Source: Bugula neritina
Lineage: Eukaryota > Animalia > Bryozoa
Direction: 5' to 3'
Assembly: GCA_964035545.1 (NCBI GenBank)
Contig: OZ037766.1
Location: 6,128,722-6,192,721 of the forward strand
DNA length: 64,000 bases
The number at the start of each line of letters is the position of its first letter. The first letter of the stretch is position 1. Under the pieces are notes generated by a model. It was given only the letters and a program-made list of their open reading frames with translations, was not told the origin of the DNA and ran no database searches. Both the position numbers and the translations under genes were made by a program. Shown piece by piece: positions 14,021 to 28,400 of this stretch.

Positions 14021-14234
14021 TGGAATATAATGCGGTTTATAGTCTTTAGCAGATAACCTACAAGCTAACCTGAGGCGATTGGCTAACTGCCTTACAAGCA
14101 TTCGGATTCCCTACCGGATTTCCTACCAGCTTGTACGGCTTGGATATTGGCTATTGTGAGAGTGAAAGTAAAAGTAAAGACTGCACGAGGGGACTCTAAC
14201 ACAGACTGTCGAGTAAGTCGAACGTTACATTTCA
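14021..14234 (+). repeat. 3' LTR (214 bp)
   Basis: Direct repeat of 8223-8436, preceded by PPT and followed by TSD CTAT. Confidence 0.95.
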
Positions 14235-14974
14235 CTATAATCATGAATATTATTATTTAAATTTATATTTATTATGTTATTACTTATTAATTACTCAAAG
14301 TCAATGGTAATGTTATTAGTATTACTAATAGTAATAGTAATACAGTACGATTGTATTACTAATACTATTAGTATTATTATTATTATTGCTATTTCTAATG
14401 TAATTACATGTAGTGATGTACTCATACTGATAGAGATACTGTATAATCAATAATGTACACCAATTTGCATACTGTCACTGGTACTGTATAGTAATTTACT
14501 AAAACTAAGAGTTACTGTTACTGTTAGTCACTTAGTGTTGGACTTAGAGTTAGTATTACTGTCACTCACTTATAGTTATTGTTATAAGTATAAGTGATAA
14601 AATGAAACATTGACACAATTTTAATTTAAAAAATAAACTGGCTTTACTCTAACGTTTTAGCTAAAACTTGTACAGCATCAGCGTGAGACTAACTAACTAA
14701 CTAACTAAGTGAACATGAACTTGAAGTTTAAGTTGAAGCTGAACATCAATCAAAATTAAAGTTGTCAGTGGCTACTAGTACTAGTACTTTGAAATTTAAA
14801 AACGTATTGTATTTGTAGCCACGTCCCTATTGGTGAAAGCAATTAAAAGTGTTGATGTAGCGGAAATGAATATAATCATTATCATTATGATTATTTATAT
14901 CAGTAGGAGTATACACGTAGTAATACTAATAGTAATAGTAATAGTCAAATATGATGCAGAAAAATTAAAAAGTT

Positions 14975-15100
14975 GTTTACAATGATTTGAATTTGGCGTT
15001 TCCGCTTTGTTTGCGCTTGAAATGGCATTGGCGCAGCGTATTTTCTAACATGTGGGAATTTGTGTATACCGGAATGATCCGATGACCAATCAGAAAACTG
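14975..15100 (-). promoter_or_regulatory. Candidate promoter / non-coding first exon of POC1
   Basis: Local CpG-richer island with CCAAT motifs (~15027, ~15086), TTTGAA (CHR-like) and a possible minus-strand donor ATT|GTAAAC near 14980; the POC1 ATG exon is preceded by an acceptor (GCAG|GTGG, ~7210). Confidence 0.3.
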
Positions 15101-16428
15101 TCATACTACGGTATCGCAACGCTTAAAAAAGCAAAAGAGAACACAAATCTTAACTTACAGGTTTTACTACCACTGCCTCATTCTTGTTATCCATAGTAGC
15201 TGTAAGTTTACTGTAATGGACATATTTCCATGATGCACTTTTTGCTCACAAACCATGAATTACCGTACCCAAATTTCCTGCATGATCATGTTTTTCAAAG
15301 CTTTAATCTAGCTAAATATAATTGGAAATAATTTACAGATGCTTAAAAATAAAATACATGTAAAAAAGCAAATTATGAAAATCAAGAGAACATACTCTTC
15401 AAGCAATATAAGATATAATCATAATTTGGTACTTAGTTGTTAATAAATAAAATCAACATCTGACATACGTCATAGTTTATAGGTTGCATGTAACAGGTAA
15501 ATTATGACTTAATGCCAGATGTGGATTTCATTTATCAACTACTTCATTTTATAAAAATGTTGTAAACAAAAACAATTCATGTTCTATAAAGTGTGACAAA
15601 CAAAGATGCAAGCCTTGCAGAAACAAGTAACTTGTATATAAACAACTACTATATAAAATGTAGACTTACCACAACCCATCATCTATCTAGAACTTACACG
15701 AATCTAAGAGAGTTACTTTTGCAGTTGTTATTTGTAACTTATGTATCTTTGCTGATAATAAATACCATGAAAACTCAGAAATTTAAATTAGGACAAAAGT
15801 ATCAACTTTAAATTAATTTAACTGGATACAATTGTTTTACACGAGTATGTGCATAATTTGCCTGAAACCAAATGTTTCTGTATTAAAGTAATACAAATAA
15901 ACTGCTATCAAGTTTAGGAAATTAAACTATTTTTCTTCTATTGTAAACATCTACTTAGGTCCTATGGGAAGGTAGTATTACATTTATAGCAAACATACGA
16001 AGAGCATAAAAATCAAATTACATAGGTGAAAAAGATGTATATAGTATATATTTCCATTTATATATGATCATTTTAAACAAAAGCAAATAAGAAAAAATCA
16101 ATAGTTTCAAATTAAAATAAAAACTTCCAAAACAAGAATTGAATATTTCCTCATAAATAATAAATATCATTTTGGAAGAAATCATTTAAAAAAGGAAAAG
16201 TTATGACAATAAAAAATTAGGTAAAATATATCAACACCGTTGTATGTTAACAATTATTATTATTGTGTTAATAGAAAACACATCTGGCCACAAAACATGT
16301 AGAAACATCTAAACACAAAATCACAGTACATTGTATAGCTTTCAGAGCATTCACTTAAACACTCATATAAAGGTATCACAGTCAGCTTTGTAAAAACAAA
16401 AGAGAATAGAAAACATCTATGTAAAAGT

Positions 16429-19400
16429 TTAAGAAGTATCTCTCGGTATATACTTCTCTCGCTCATACAATGGAGCATCACTCACTCGATATTTGAGGAA
16501 ACAGATGGTGGGTTTCTTGCCATTAAGATGACACGCAATGTAGAGATAATCACCAATCACGTGGCAGTCTATCCAGTCTACTGGGTCCTGGAACTGATAA
16601 GTTGCTATCTTCTTTCTGATTTCAAACCGAATGGTCAATTCCCCATTTCTATCTGCTATTGCCAGCCAGTTGTCCTGAAGGCAGGCTGCGACAATCTAAA
16701 CATCAAATAAACAATTACATAATAAGCTAAATCATTATAAAACAGTAAGAGCAGAAAAACTAATATAATTTTGGGCTAAAATCTTGATTATAAAATTTAG
16801 GCTTTTGTAAAAGAAATTTTGCAACTCTAAAAACAGTTCAGTGGGTGTCTGAGTTAAAAACTAGGAGGTAAGTACAGTAATGAAAAAATGGAAAAAAAGT
16901 TTGTGTTTTAAATTAAAAACATAGCAAAAGTCCACAAGAAATTTAATCCTCGCTCCAAACCAAGATTTATTAAGAAGAAAATTGATAGAAACTTGGGTTT
17001 TGAAAGTTCTCCACTACTGCACCTGAAGGTCATAATCCTTCACAATGCATTTTAGTAAAAAATAGTATATTGTGATAAACTTCAAAACCTAAAAGTTGTG
17101 AAATCTTAGTCAGACAAGTGCTTGTTACAACGTACTTTTTTATCCTAAGTTTCACATGCTTTACTAATACCTAAATAAATTGAAAAATAGCCATGAGCTA
17201 AACTGAAATGGTTGCATATATTATTATGGTTGCATGCATGCAACAGGTTTTCAAATACTGCAATTAATATTTATTAACTCAACCATTAAACATAAACTTT
17301 TTGATAACATGAAAACATTCAAAAACAAGATCAAGCAATACTAAATCTCAGCTCATTAAATATTTTTGAAATTTAAAGTTTCTGTTCTGTTAACAGCTAT
17401 TCATGTTTTATAATATGTAAGAAGAGTATGTTCCAACATGTTATGTATACATTATTATTAAGAATGACGCAATGTAACATATGAAATACCAAACAAGGAC
17501 TGCTATATATGTGGCTAAAACTAAAATTAAGTATTGATGGTGCTGAAACATGCCAGTTAGTCAAAGCATACTTCTAGAGGTCATAAGACAACATGGACAA
17601 ATTAATTTTGGCCTTTATATTGATGATGGACTAGGAATTAATAACAAAACTCCAAAAGAAGCAGAAAACCTAAAATTATTTAAAATATTAAAGACAAATA
17701 GACTAAAAATTCAAGCTAATAAAGTTATAGATTTTTTAGACACTACTTTAAATCTAAATGACAGAAGCTATCCATCATATAACAAAGCAACTGGCTTTAC
17801 CAAATACATCTACTACTACTTTAAACACCCAACAAACATTTTATCATATAGGCCCCACAGACTATAATACTGTAATTAATCCTGTCAACTAAAAATATTC
17901 ACAATGAAAAAAAATATATATATATAAACTAATATCACTATGACACTCTATTACTACACATTCAACAAAACACACCAACATAAACTATACAACATATAAA
18001 TTAACCTCATCGCATCTTTCAAACTTCTGCAAATACACATATAGGCTTATTCACACACTTAAAGTGGTACACAAAATAAATGTGCATAAGCAAAAGGGAT
18101 ATTTTAGCTGCCAATCAAATAATATTGATATAACATCTATTAACAATAAATAACAAACACAACAAAAAAATTAACCTCCTGGTTTCTTTGAAGCCTCTGT
18201 GAATAGCAGAAACAATATTATAACTTTGTTAGCAGAATGTAGTATTTATATAGAGATTTAAGAAACCTTTAAGTCTACTATATTGTAAAAGGGCAGTAAA
18301 TTAGCATGCAACCAAATTCTTAACATTATCAGGCAGTTTTCATCACCACCTGGTATATTCAAACTGATTATTGAATATAATACTTACATCAGGCCCTTTG
18401 CCCAGTGTGAAGCTGCTCTCTGTAGTCTTCTGTAGTGCATTCCATACGGTAACCTGTCCTCTAGTAAATGACAATATCTGTCCCTCTTCCACCTCAACTA
18501 TCAATTGATAAATAAATTCAATGGAAAAAGTATTAGCCAAAATAGCTTGAATAGTTAGTCATGGTACTAATAATATCGCACTAGTAATAACTATGCACCA
18601 TAACTTTGATCAACAAATAAACAAAATCAGAACATAAAATAAAGCTGTATTGTACAAAAATGTTTAGGATCTAGCATAAACATGACTTTATTAAAACTCC
18701 ATGTGTCATCAGCATAATACATATATACCTCAATAATTGGCTGTATCTAAAATTTTATTCAAATAAAAATTTTGAATAAAATGAGTAACTAAACCAACCA
18801 ATACTAACAAAATGATGATAAACAAGTAGATAAACAAAATTACCATAAGAAATAGTTTTTAAGCTAACATCAAGCCCACTAAGTGAAATATTGTAATTAT
18901 TAGTAAATAGTAAATTAATACCGCTGTGTATATAGCACTCATGTCATAGTCAGGACTTGCACCAATAATTTGGTAATTGGATAACCGATTACTAATTCTA
19001 CAGCATTTTTTATTGCCTGTCATATTTTGAAGTTACATTGAGTTAAAAGGAAGCACAATATTATCAATATTTGAGATCACTGAAATTGTTTTTTGCTATC
19101 ACCAATGTCAAAAGCAACATTCGACAGTTAAATGGCGGTATCTGTTCAAGCATTATAAAATGCTCGAGAGATGTAAAACTGGGCTTCAAAATGCTATTCA
19201 ATGCAAAATCCAGAAATATTGCATTAAATAATATACTCAGTTTCATAAACAGATACAGTATAATAAGTGCTATGTTTCAGTAAGCAATAAATTCCACCAT
19301 ATAAGTAGTACAATACTTACACTGCAGGCATGTCACGTGAACTTTCTGCTCATTTCCAAATATTTTCTTTGCCTTTAAAAGAATTAAAGATAAAATGATA

Positions 19401-22400
19401 AAAGAGCTGGAGTTATAAATGTCAAAACTCTAACAAAACCTCAACTAGTAATCAAACAGGTTAGAGCTCAATCACATTGAAGTGAGTGCAGTATAAGGGA
19501 GAACTTTGGAAAATCTTGTGTTCTAGATGAAAAATATCACAATCATGAATCATGAGCCAATAAAATCCTAAACCTGCACCTCAAACTAAATCTCACAAAA
19601 ACGGATTCAAAAACTTAAACTATTGAAATATCATGGTCTATCTAAATATTCGCATTGCTATAATGTTTTAAGCCTTTTAATAAAATATTCATCACATTAT
19701 GTTAACAAACTTACACAACAACTCTGAGTTTTACTTGCATTTCAACTAATTTTTTGACAATTGCAGTCAGACTAAGCTCACAAATATTGCAAATTACAGA
19801 AAACTGTGGCACCCATTCTAAAACCAAATGAAACTGCTAGTTCTAATTTTAGCTCCAAAGTGCACCTACATCAGTAGGTAGATTCCAGGAGGTGAGACCA
19901 GAGTTGGCGCCAGTATCACTGTACACAAAGTCATCCGTGGGCATCAGAGTCATGGTTGCTTGCTCGTCCATAGCAAGCTGATTGGTGAGAACAAGTGACT
20001 CCCCTTGCAGCTTGTAGAACAGAACGTTGTGCGTCATGTCACTGAACTTGCAGTCGACTACAATCTTTCCAGCAGACGTCATACCATGGAGGGTGATCTT
20101 CATCTTACTAGTGTGCTCTTTGAGGTTGAAGATATCTGACGTTATTTCCTTCACTAAAACACAACATGTGACACATTACAGTATAACTGTTTTATTAGAA
20201 ACACCTGGAGAGCTACTAGTTTAATATGTTTAAAGCCAGAGCTACGAATCTGTAAACTTAGTCACTGGCTAGACGGCAAAAGGTTTGCATATATCAAATA
20301 TAGAAATTTAAATCTAACATGTAATTGTTAAAAAATGTATATAACTTTTTAAAGTTTTAAATTTTTTCCTAAAAGTCAACAGTCATGTGCTTCATATTTA
20401 GCTACAGACACCTGAACTAATGTTAAGATGCTAATAAAATTCAGCATTTTAACATAATATATGCGTTCGGTTTCTAATCTAAACTTTGAACCTCAACAAA
20501 AAGAAGATACACACTACCAATAACATTTTGAGAATTTGCTCCCCAATGCTATTATCTCAGAATTTTAGTTGTGTAAATACTAGAAAAAACTTACAAGGGT
20601 AGACAATATCATCTTTAGCATCAAACTTATCCAATAAGTCGTCCCACAGGGTTTCTAGGCTATCCAGTATAATGGGGTTTGAGACCTGACAATTAAAAAT
20701 TATTACTTTAACTGATTGACGGCATTCACCAATATAATGTGAGTTTACAGAAACAGACCAGATACTCAATATACAGTGATCATACAGTCATACATAACTA
20801 TTGAAGAAGAGTAATTTACCAGAAAAGTACATCAAAGTTCTTAAATTTTCAAGAAAACTGATATGACACAAAACATATGAAACATCCCTTTGACAACATT
20901 CTCTGTCACAGCATTTATCACAATATAGGGCGGAGTGTTGAACACTCCACACACTTTCTACTTCAGTCCCTAAAGCTAAACTCCAATTCGATTACTGAAG
21001 CTTTTTAGAAATAAGACTATATCTTAGGTTCTCTCTTACCACATAAGGATTAAGTTCGTAGCTTCCATCAGCAGCTTTGTTAAAGAAGCTGAGGTCAGTT
21101 GGATCTGCATCTTTCTTATCTCCAGTCAAGTGTCTAACCATTATTTCCATTAGTTGTCCGTCAACTTTGTGGGGCAACTCCAAAGCTGGGTTCATAAAAT
21201 TCTGAAAAAAACACAATAGAAGTATTGCAAAACCATTTTTATTAGAAAAAAATATTTTTTTATTTCTACTGCTCCATTTATTTAAATTGTTTAACAATCA
21301 CCCAATCAACCATAAAAACTGATAAAAATAGTTACAGTGAGTGAGTAGCATTTATTTTTAACAAAGCCACTGCAAACAAAACCTTACAACATAGGCGATA
21401 GACTCACGGAATTCTGGTAGGGAATAAGGCTAATGAAGCCATCTGCTAGTTTAACCTCCGTAGTCTGAGGAATACACACGACTATCTTTAGCTCATCTAC
21501 AGTGTGCTGCTCCACCAGGACTAGCTTCTCGCTGTTTCGGTCAAACCAGGCAGATAAAACATTCCTAGAGCCAATATCTGCAACCTTTTTGTTTCTCAGA
21601 CGATCAATATACCAAATCTGTATAACAAGAAACATGGTATCTTATTCAGCAAGTTGAACATACTATTCAATTTCAAATATATTAAAATTGAAATATAATG
21701 ATGGTTCCCCCCTCGCTTTCCCTCTAAGATTATGATAACTTATAATTTGTTCATATATTGTCAAATGACAAGATACTAAAGTTTACATTGTTAAAACGTA
21801 GCAGTATTAGTTGATTTTCTAAAATTTTCAGTTATCAACTACAGAATAACACTTTTCAGTTAACCAAAAGAAAATCATTCAACTGTGAGTTTATCAAACA
21901 TGCAAAGAATTCAGTAAAGAGCACAGACCGAGGCAAACTTCTGTCCAACATCCGATACAGTTTCCACGACAGCAAAGAAGCACTTGGCAGCTCGTTGAGC
22001 GGAGACACTCACGATTCGTCCCTCAAACTTCTGGTAACAGATAAACTCTCCGGTCAGCTCCCACAACTTGATAATGTTGTTGTTATTATGACTGAGTATG
22101 TAGTAGAAATTGGAGATGCACTGAGAAGCCTGGTACTTCTGGCTTGCATTCTGCAGGTACTCTGTAGCAAAAGTTCAAAGTTCTCTAAACTGAAAATACT
22201 TCATGAAAAAAAATTTAATATATTTTCTGAAATTTTTGACTCAAAGAATTAAAGAAATATAAAATCAAGAGACAACAACTTCGCCTATAATAATGACTCA
22301 TTGACTGGAAAGCATCATGACAACGTTTTTTCATAAAATAATTGTGCTTTCAAATTTTTGAATTAAAATTCTGGCTTACACAAATGTTTTAATTTGTTTA

Positions 22401-25400
22401 TAAAGATGTAAAAAACTAATATTTGCCGTTTGCAGTATACCAAAAGTTACTTCTGAACTGTTTTAATACCATTTCTCATTTTAGATAATAAAACAATTTC
22501 AATAAACTAAAGCAACATGCAACATTTGAGTGAAATCAAACTCATGTAAGAATACTCCAACTTGAAGCTATTTATTGGATCAAGTATGTTTTCAAGGTGA
22601 TTCTAAAACCTGTGACTTATTATCGCCTACACAAATAACACACCTACTTATCATATAGGTAAAAGAAAAAGAAGCGGTTTTTTATTGTAAAAAATTCCCG
22701 TAATTTTTAGAATAAGACTAGGCACTCACTAGTTCCATCTTTGGTGAGTAAAGCAGTATCTGCTGTCTTCGGCAGCATCGTCACAAGATGGATATAGTTT
22801 CTTACATCAACTTCGTACACAACTCTTTTGTAGAGCCTCCAGGCAGCGCGAGATGTCAAAGCTGTGTCTTCATTGCACATAGACAAAAACTGTAACCATA
22901 GCAACCATAGTAACTATAGCAACCATAGCAACAGTAGCAACTATAGCAACAGTAACAACCATAAAAACCACGAGGTTTATATACTGTGCAATGTACATCA
23001 ATAAAAAGAAAAGCTCTGATATCAATAAATTTGCATTACTGTGAAATTTAACTATGCACCTATTAATCAAATTTGAACATAATTTACCAACAAACATCAT
23101 ATATTTTATACTTTGTCTTTAAACTGTCATGAGAAAAACCTCATTTTGCCTGAGCATAAAAACCTTTCAATGTTCAAACTGTCATACTCTAAAGTGTGTC
23201 AAAAGTTACAAAAAACCACTGTGTTTCTAGCCTTATACTTTAATCCACCCATAACTAAAAGCGTCAATCATTTCAATAATATGAGATCATGAGATGGCTG
23301 AATAAGTATTCCTACTGACTTAACATAACCGCTTACTTGTTAAAAATATACATTAAAAATTATGGGGTTCTTAGCCCTATGCATATACTCAATTCTCTAC
23401 TTGGGAGATTCCTTACCAATGAGTAAAAGTTGTTGGGGTTTTCTCGGAGTTGGGTCACATACACAACGAGCATATTGTGCAGCATTTCCAACAGGAATAC
23501 ACTGTTTGTCAGACGTTTCATCTCCTCGGCATCAGCCACACTCATCACTATCTCTAAGATGTTTCCATACTGTTCAATCACATAATCCACACCAAACTCT
23601 AAACCAACAGGAACACAGTATGTTATTACAATGCTGCATCTTATATATACTTCATTCCCAAAAATCTATAACTGGTAGCATTTGTGAAAGATATATACAT
23701 TACTTATGATCTTGAGACATAATGCTCTCACTTTATGCTCAGCAACAGCATTTGGTGATTGAGCTATCTCACTCAAGCTGCTAGCATTTTGCAAGGCTTG
23801 TGATTCCTAGGTGACCCCTAGAGTCACTTGAGCACTCTGGCTTGGGTTTACACATCTTTTAAATATATGCTTTAGTAGAAACATAAATTTCTACTATTGT
23901 GCTGATGAGGGGACAAATCCAGAAACAGCTGATCCAGATTGAGATATATATATGTATATATTTTCCAGCAATATTTTACTTCAACTATGGCAGAGGTATT
24001 CTGAGCAAGACTGTACCTTGCAGCAGTGGAACCAAGAAGTCATAGCTCATTATAACATCCATGTAGGCAACAGCTTCGTCACCGTGTTCTTCATCTTTGT
24101 TAACGTGCTGCTCAACCAGGTTTGAAGCGAACAGTCGCTCGAGGAAACTCAACACCGTCACCTTTCTTCGACCTTGAGGATATCCCTGGATAAAAATTAT
24201 ATTAGTGAGAGCTTTATCAAACAAGGCATGTTGAGGAATAAAATCACAACCCAGAGGAGGGGCTAAAACTGAAAGAGTTTCTTCCCACATAAGACATGAG
24301 TATTAAAGCTTTAAGACTAAATTCAGCGAACCAATTTCATAAAAAGCCTTTGTTTGTTAAAACGTGCAAAATTTTTAGAGCAAAGCTACACATGTATGCA
24401 CCCATTCACATGTGCATTGTTTTAAGGTTTAAAGTTTCTTTTAAAAAATGAAGTTAACTGCAACAGATTAAAATCAAGTAACTAGTTTTTGGTGAGTGCT
24501 GGCAACTATTATTACGAGTATATTACATATCAAACTCATAACTTGTGGTCAACTTTTAAAGTGGTTTACCTCAAAACAAGACCTTTATATCAATTTAAAA
24601 CTTTGGTCAATACATCATTAGAATGTGTAAAAAGTAGTAGTAACTAAATTAAACTGAGTAACAAGTGATAAATAAAAGTACTCCATACTCAAACCTTATC
24701 CTTAAGTATAAAGACATAAATAGCAATATTTCTTAGAGCTTCAGAAAACCAATAGTGCCTCACAACTATTTATGGAGCATTACAGTTTTTTAAACATTTA
24801 TTACAACACCTTAACTATTATATACAATACATTTCAAGAAGAAAATTTTTGAAGATATGGGTATAACTCATAAACTATGAGTTTATATTCCATAATAATA
24901 CAATGTGACACTCATCTTGTAGGATTCTTTCACTTTCACTTTCTCATATGATATATATAAATGCAAACTTAGAGCTGTAAGCAAGTTTCAACAAGTCTAA
25001 CCTTTTCTTTGCTAGAGGTGACTGGAGCTCGTGTGTCCAAAGGGGCGAGAGCAGCTTTCAAATCAAAATCACCAGCGTTATCTTTTATATGTGGTAGCTG
25101 CCTAGTATCGTACCAAGAGTCCACTAAAGTTGAAGAATAAGTGTATGATAAGAAATTATTTTGATGCGGAAGATGTACTCTTAAATGATAAATTAATACA
25201 ATAATATTGAGCAACGCTGCATTTAATTTGGTGTACAACAAAAGTCTATTAACATATTTTGCAGAATTTTACAGTGGGGAGTTGGTAATCAAATGCAAAA
25301 TAAAAGCTGCTAATACACTCATTTGTTTAGCCTCCAAGCATATATAAAATTAAATTACATGAACATACATAAACTATACCTTCATGAGCTGTATTCAGGC

Positions 25401-28400
25401 TTTCACCGAAAAGATCTATTGTCAAATCTGAGACAGTTTTTGATACCAATTCTGCATCATAGCCGCCGGTTGCCAGATGAAATTCATTGTTTTCATCTCT
25501 ACTCAGCAGTGATTGGGAGATCATCTCTGACACAGCCTTATCTTCCAGTTTCGTTAAACTCTCCTCCAAATTTGCTTTATTGATAACAACAAACTTGGCA
25601 ACCTTTTTCAGAACAGAATAAACTTCCTTCAGGAATTTCCCTATAATGTGTTTCGCTCCCTCTTCTGACGCAAATAGCTTCGACACGTAAACTATTTCCT
25701 TCGGACTCAAAAGATTTGACCGCAGCAGTGTTTCGACTTGTTCACTAGAAATAAAAATCTTGGTATAAAAAAACACAGAGGAATGTGTTGGTTACGGTGT
25801 TTGGTGATAAGGACACAAATGGAAAAGTAGGTGAAAATGGCACATTTTCAATATTGGGGCTTGGGTTTGCAAACCAATTCAAGCTAGAGCAGCAAAAGTA
25901 TTATAGTTAACTTATAAAAACATTTTTGGTCATAAAATAAAACTTTGAATATCAAAACTTGAGAATGGTATAAATAGCTTTATCAATATGCATACTTCAT
26001 AATAATTCAGTTATCCTACAGCTTATAAAAGATAAAAAGAGTTTAAAAATTTCATAAAAAAGCTTGGTTAGTTTGGGTTTAGTTATCTTTTATCTTGAAA
26101 CTATTTTCATCCTAAATTCTGCAGAACATAAAAGTTTCAGAGAATATAGCTTCCTATTACAACTTTAAGTAACTATTATTTTCAATAATAGTTCAGTCAT
26201 TTCACTATTTTATGTTGAATAAAATTCCATCAGTAAATACAACTCAAAAACAAGAAATTTAAGAACAAGTAGCAGCTACTACAAAAAGCTGAAAAAAAAA
26301 CTCAGCAGACTAAAATCGATTCAAATCTCACCATCAACAAACTCTTGCGCCAAATGAACAATACATTTTCATAATATTTAGATCATGTGTACAACTCAAC
26401 ACATTAAACTTTCCTAGCCAATCTACTATTTCAAGACCTGGAAATCACTGCCTCACATTTATAATGCTATCTGACATCACATTGATAAAAATTTCAGAGT
26501 ACTCACACATCCTTGACATAGTCACCCTGCTCATAAGCCTCCAATTGGCAGTCTTTCATTACTTCATTAAGATAAGTTAAAGTGCTGGCCTCCTGAAAAC
26601 ACCACAATGCACTTTCATAAATATTATTTATATTGATTCATTTTATGAAAAATTGCTTTAATGCCGCAAATAATCATTCTTCTGTGTTTAGGTAGAGTTA
26701 TTACCGTTTTGTTAAAATCTTCCACGGTCAAGAATTGCCTGTCAGCTTCGGTTAAACGGAACACTGATAAGTTCTTAAAGGCTGCATTCTTGACAGCCAC
26801 AAGAGAAATTCCATCTTCGCTGTCTGCGTTGTCTTTGTAGGGTTTTTCAAGTCCAAATACAAGCAGCGCAGTCATAATGTGAATCATTCCATTCATTTCA
26901 CCCGCATCTTGCTCTGTCATCTAGTAATGAACACAATCAATGGACAGTTCTTATATAACACAAAATTATTATGTGACAATGAGGTCTTGCAGCAGGAAGT
27001 TCAAATGACAATGTTAATGGCTTAAAACTGCTCAGTAGCATAGCATGGGTCCTTTGCAAACAAACTGTCAAAACTGTAATACATGCGCACAGTGCACACA
27101 CACACAAACACACACATACATGCATATAGTATAGATTTAATTATATATATATAATTTCATCTCAACTGCTAGTAAGTTATTTTCCAATGTAGCAAAATTT
27201 CTCAAACTTTTCCTTTGCCCAAAACTTAAGATATGTTTCGGAAATTTGGTAAAGTTATTACATTAGGCAATTTCAAAGTAACCTGCTTCTAGAGAGTTTA
27301 TTCGACTCTAAGAACTGCCCAGTCTTACAGCACAGACTATCTAGTTATGATACATACACTGTACAAATATGTCATAACATAAGCTTACTTGCAGGACTCA
27401 ATTCAACTCACCTCAAGATAAAACTTTTCAACATCTGACTTTTCAGTTTGTTCAGTGGTAGCATCTTGTTCCTTAGTAACTTTTTGCTTTTGACCCTCTT
27501 CAAATATCTTTTTGTATATCTTGACTAATGTTGCAGCAGGGTGTTTCAAAGAGCAACTACAGCCAATGTAATATATGCTTGTCAAGTTGCAGGAAAAGCA
27601 TGTAGTCGGGCATGCAACCATGCACAACTATAGCATAAGCATGTGCATATATATTTTATGAAAACTTTTGAAGTTTAGGTTAGAAGTAAAACACTGTAAA
27701 CTAAAACATCATAACACTAATTTTATATTAAAAAACATTACTTCAACGATAAGTCAATCATACTGAAATAACCAAATGCCGCGGTGGAAATTTGATTACC
27801 AATAACACAATAGCAAATGTAAGACAAAAACATGTTTCAATATATTTCATCGCAAGCTTTGAACTGTTTTTTTATTCATAGTGAGACTGATTGGATGATA
27901 AATTTATATCAAAACATTTTTCTATAAAATTACACAATTTTAACACAGAGACTACTTCGTTACACTGCTACTACCTGTTGATTACACTGCTACTACCTGT
28001 TGATTACACTGCTACTACCTGTTGATTACACTGCTACCACCTGTTGTTTACACTGGTACCATCTGTTGATTACACTGCTACTACCTGTTGATTACACTGG
28101 TACTACCTGTTGATTACACTGCTACTACCTGTTGATTACACTGCTACTACCTGTTGAAAATAAGTCGCAGCAGGAGAGGGTTGTGAACATATCCAGCTAC
28201 TTTTGCTAGCGTCTCAATCTCACCAGAGGTCAGTTTATCTGCGAACAGATAATAATTGGTTCAGACAATTTCTGTATGCAATTATTAGAATGCTGAAATA
28301 CACAGAATATTTTTACACCGCAATAACCAAAGCAAATCTACAAATAATAATATAATCCATTAGCTTCTTCTTCATTTCTTTATTTTTATGCTTTCAAGGT

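Larger units (their letters stand above)
8223..14234 (+). mobile_element. Non-autonomous Ty3/Gypsy-type LTR retroelement encoding Gag+protease only
   Basis: 214-bp LTRs 8223-8436 and 14021-14234 (TG...CA, 10-bp imperfect terminal IR), PBS at 8437, PPT at 14008-14020, 4-bp TSD CTAT (8219-8222 / 14235-14238); no RT/RNaseH/IN. Confidence 0.93.

Noticed and set aside
26331-26370. Possible extra exon of the NACHT-WD gene (good GTGAGA donor)
   Set aside because: No convincing acceptor, and flanking exons already join in phase.
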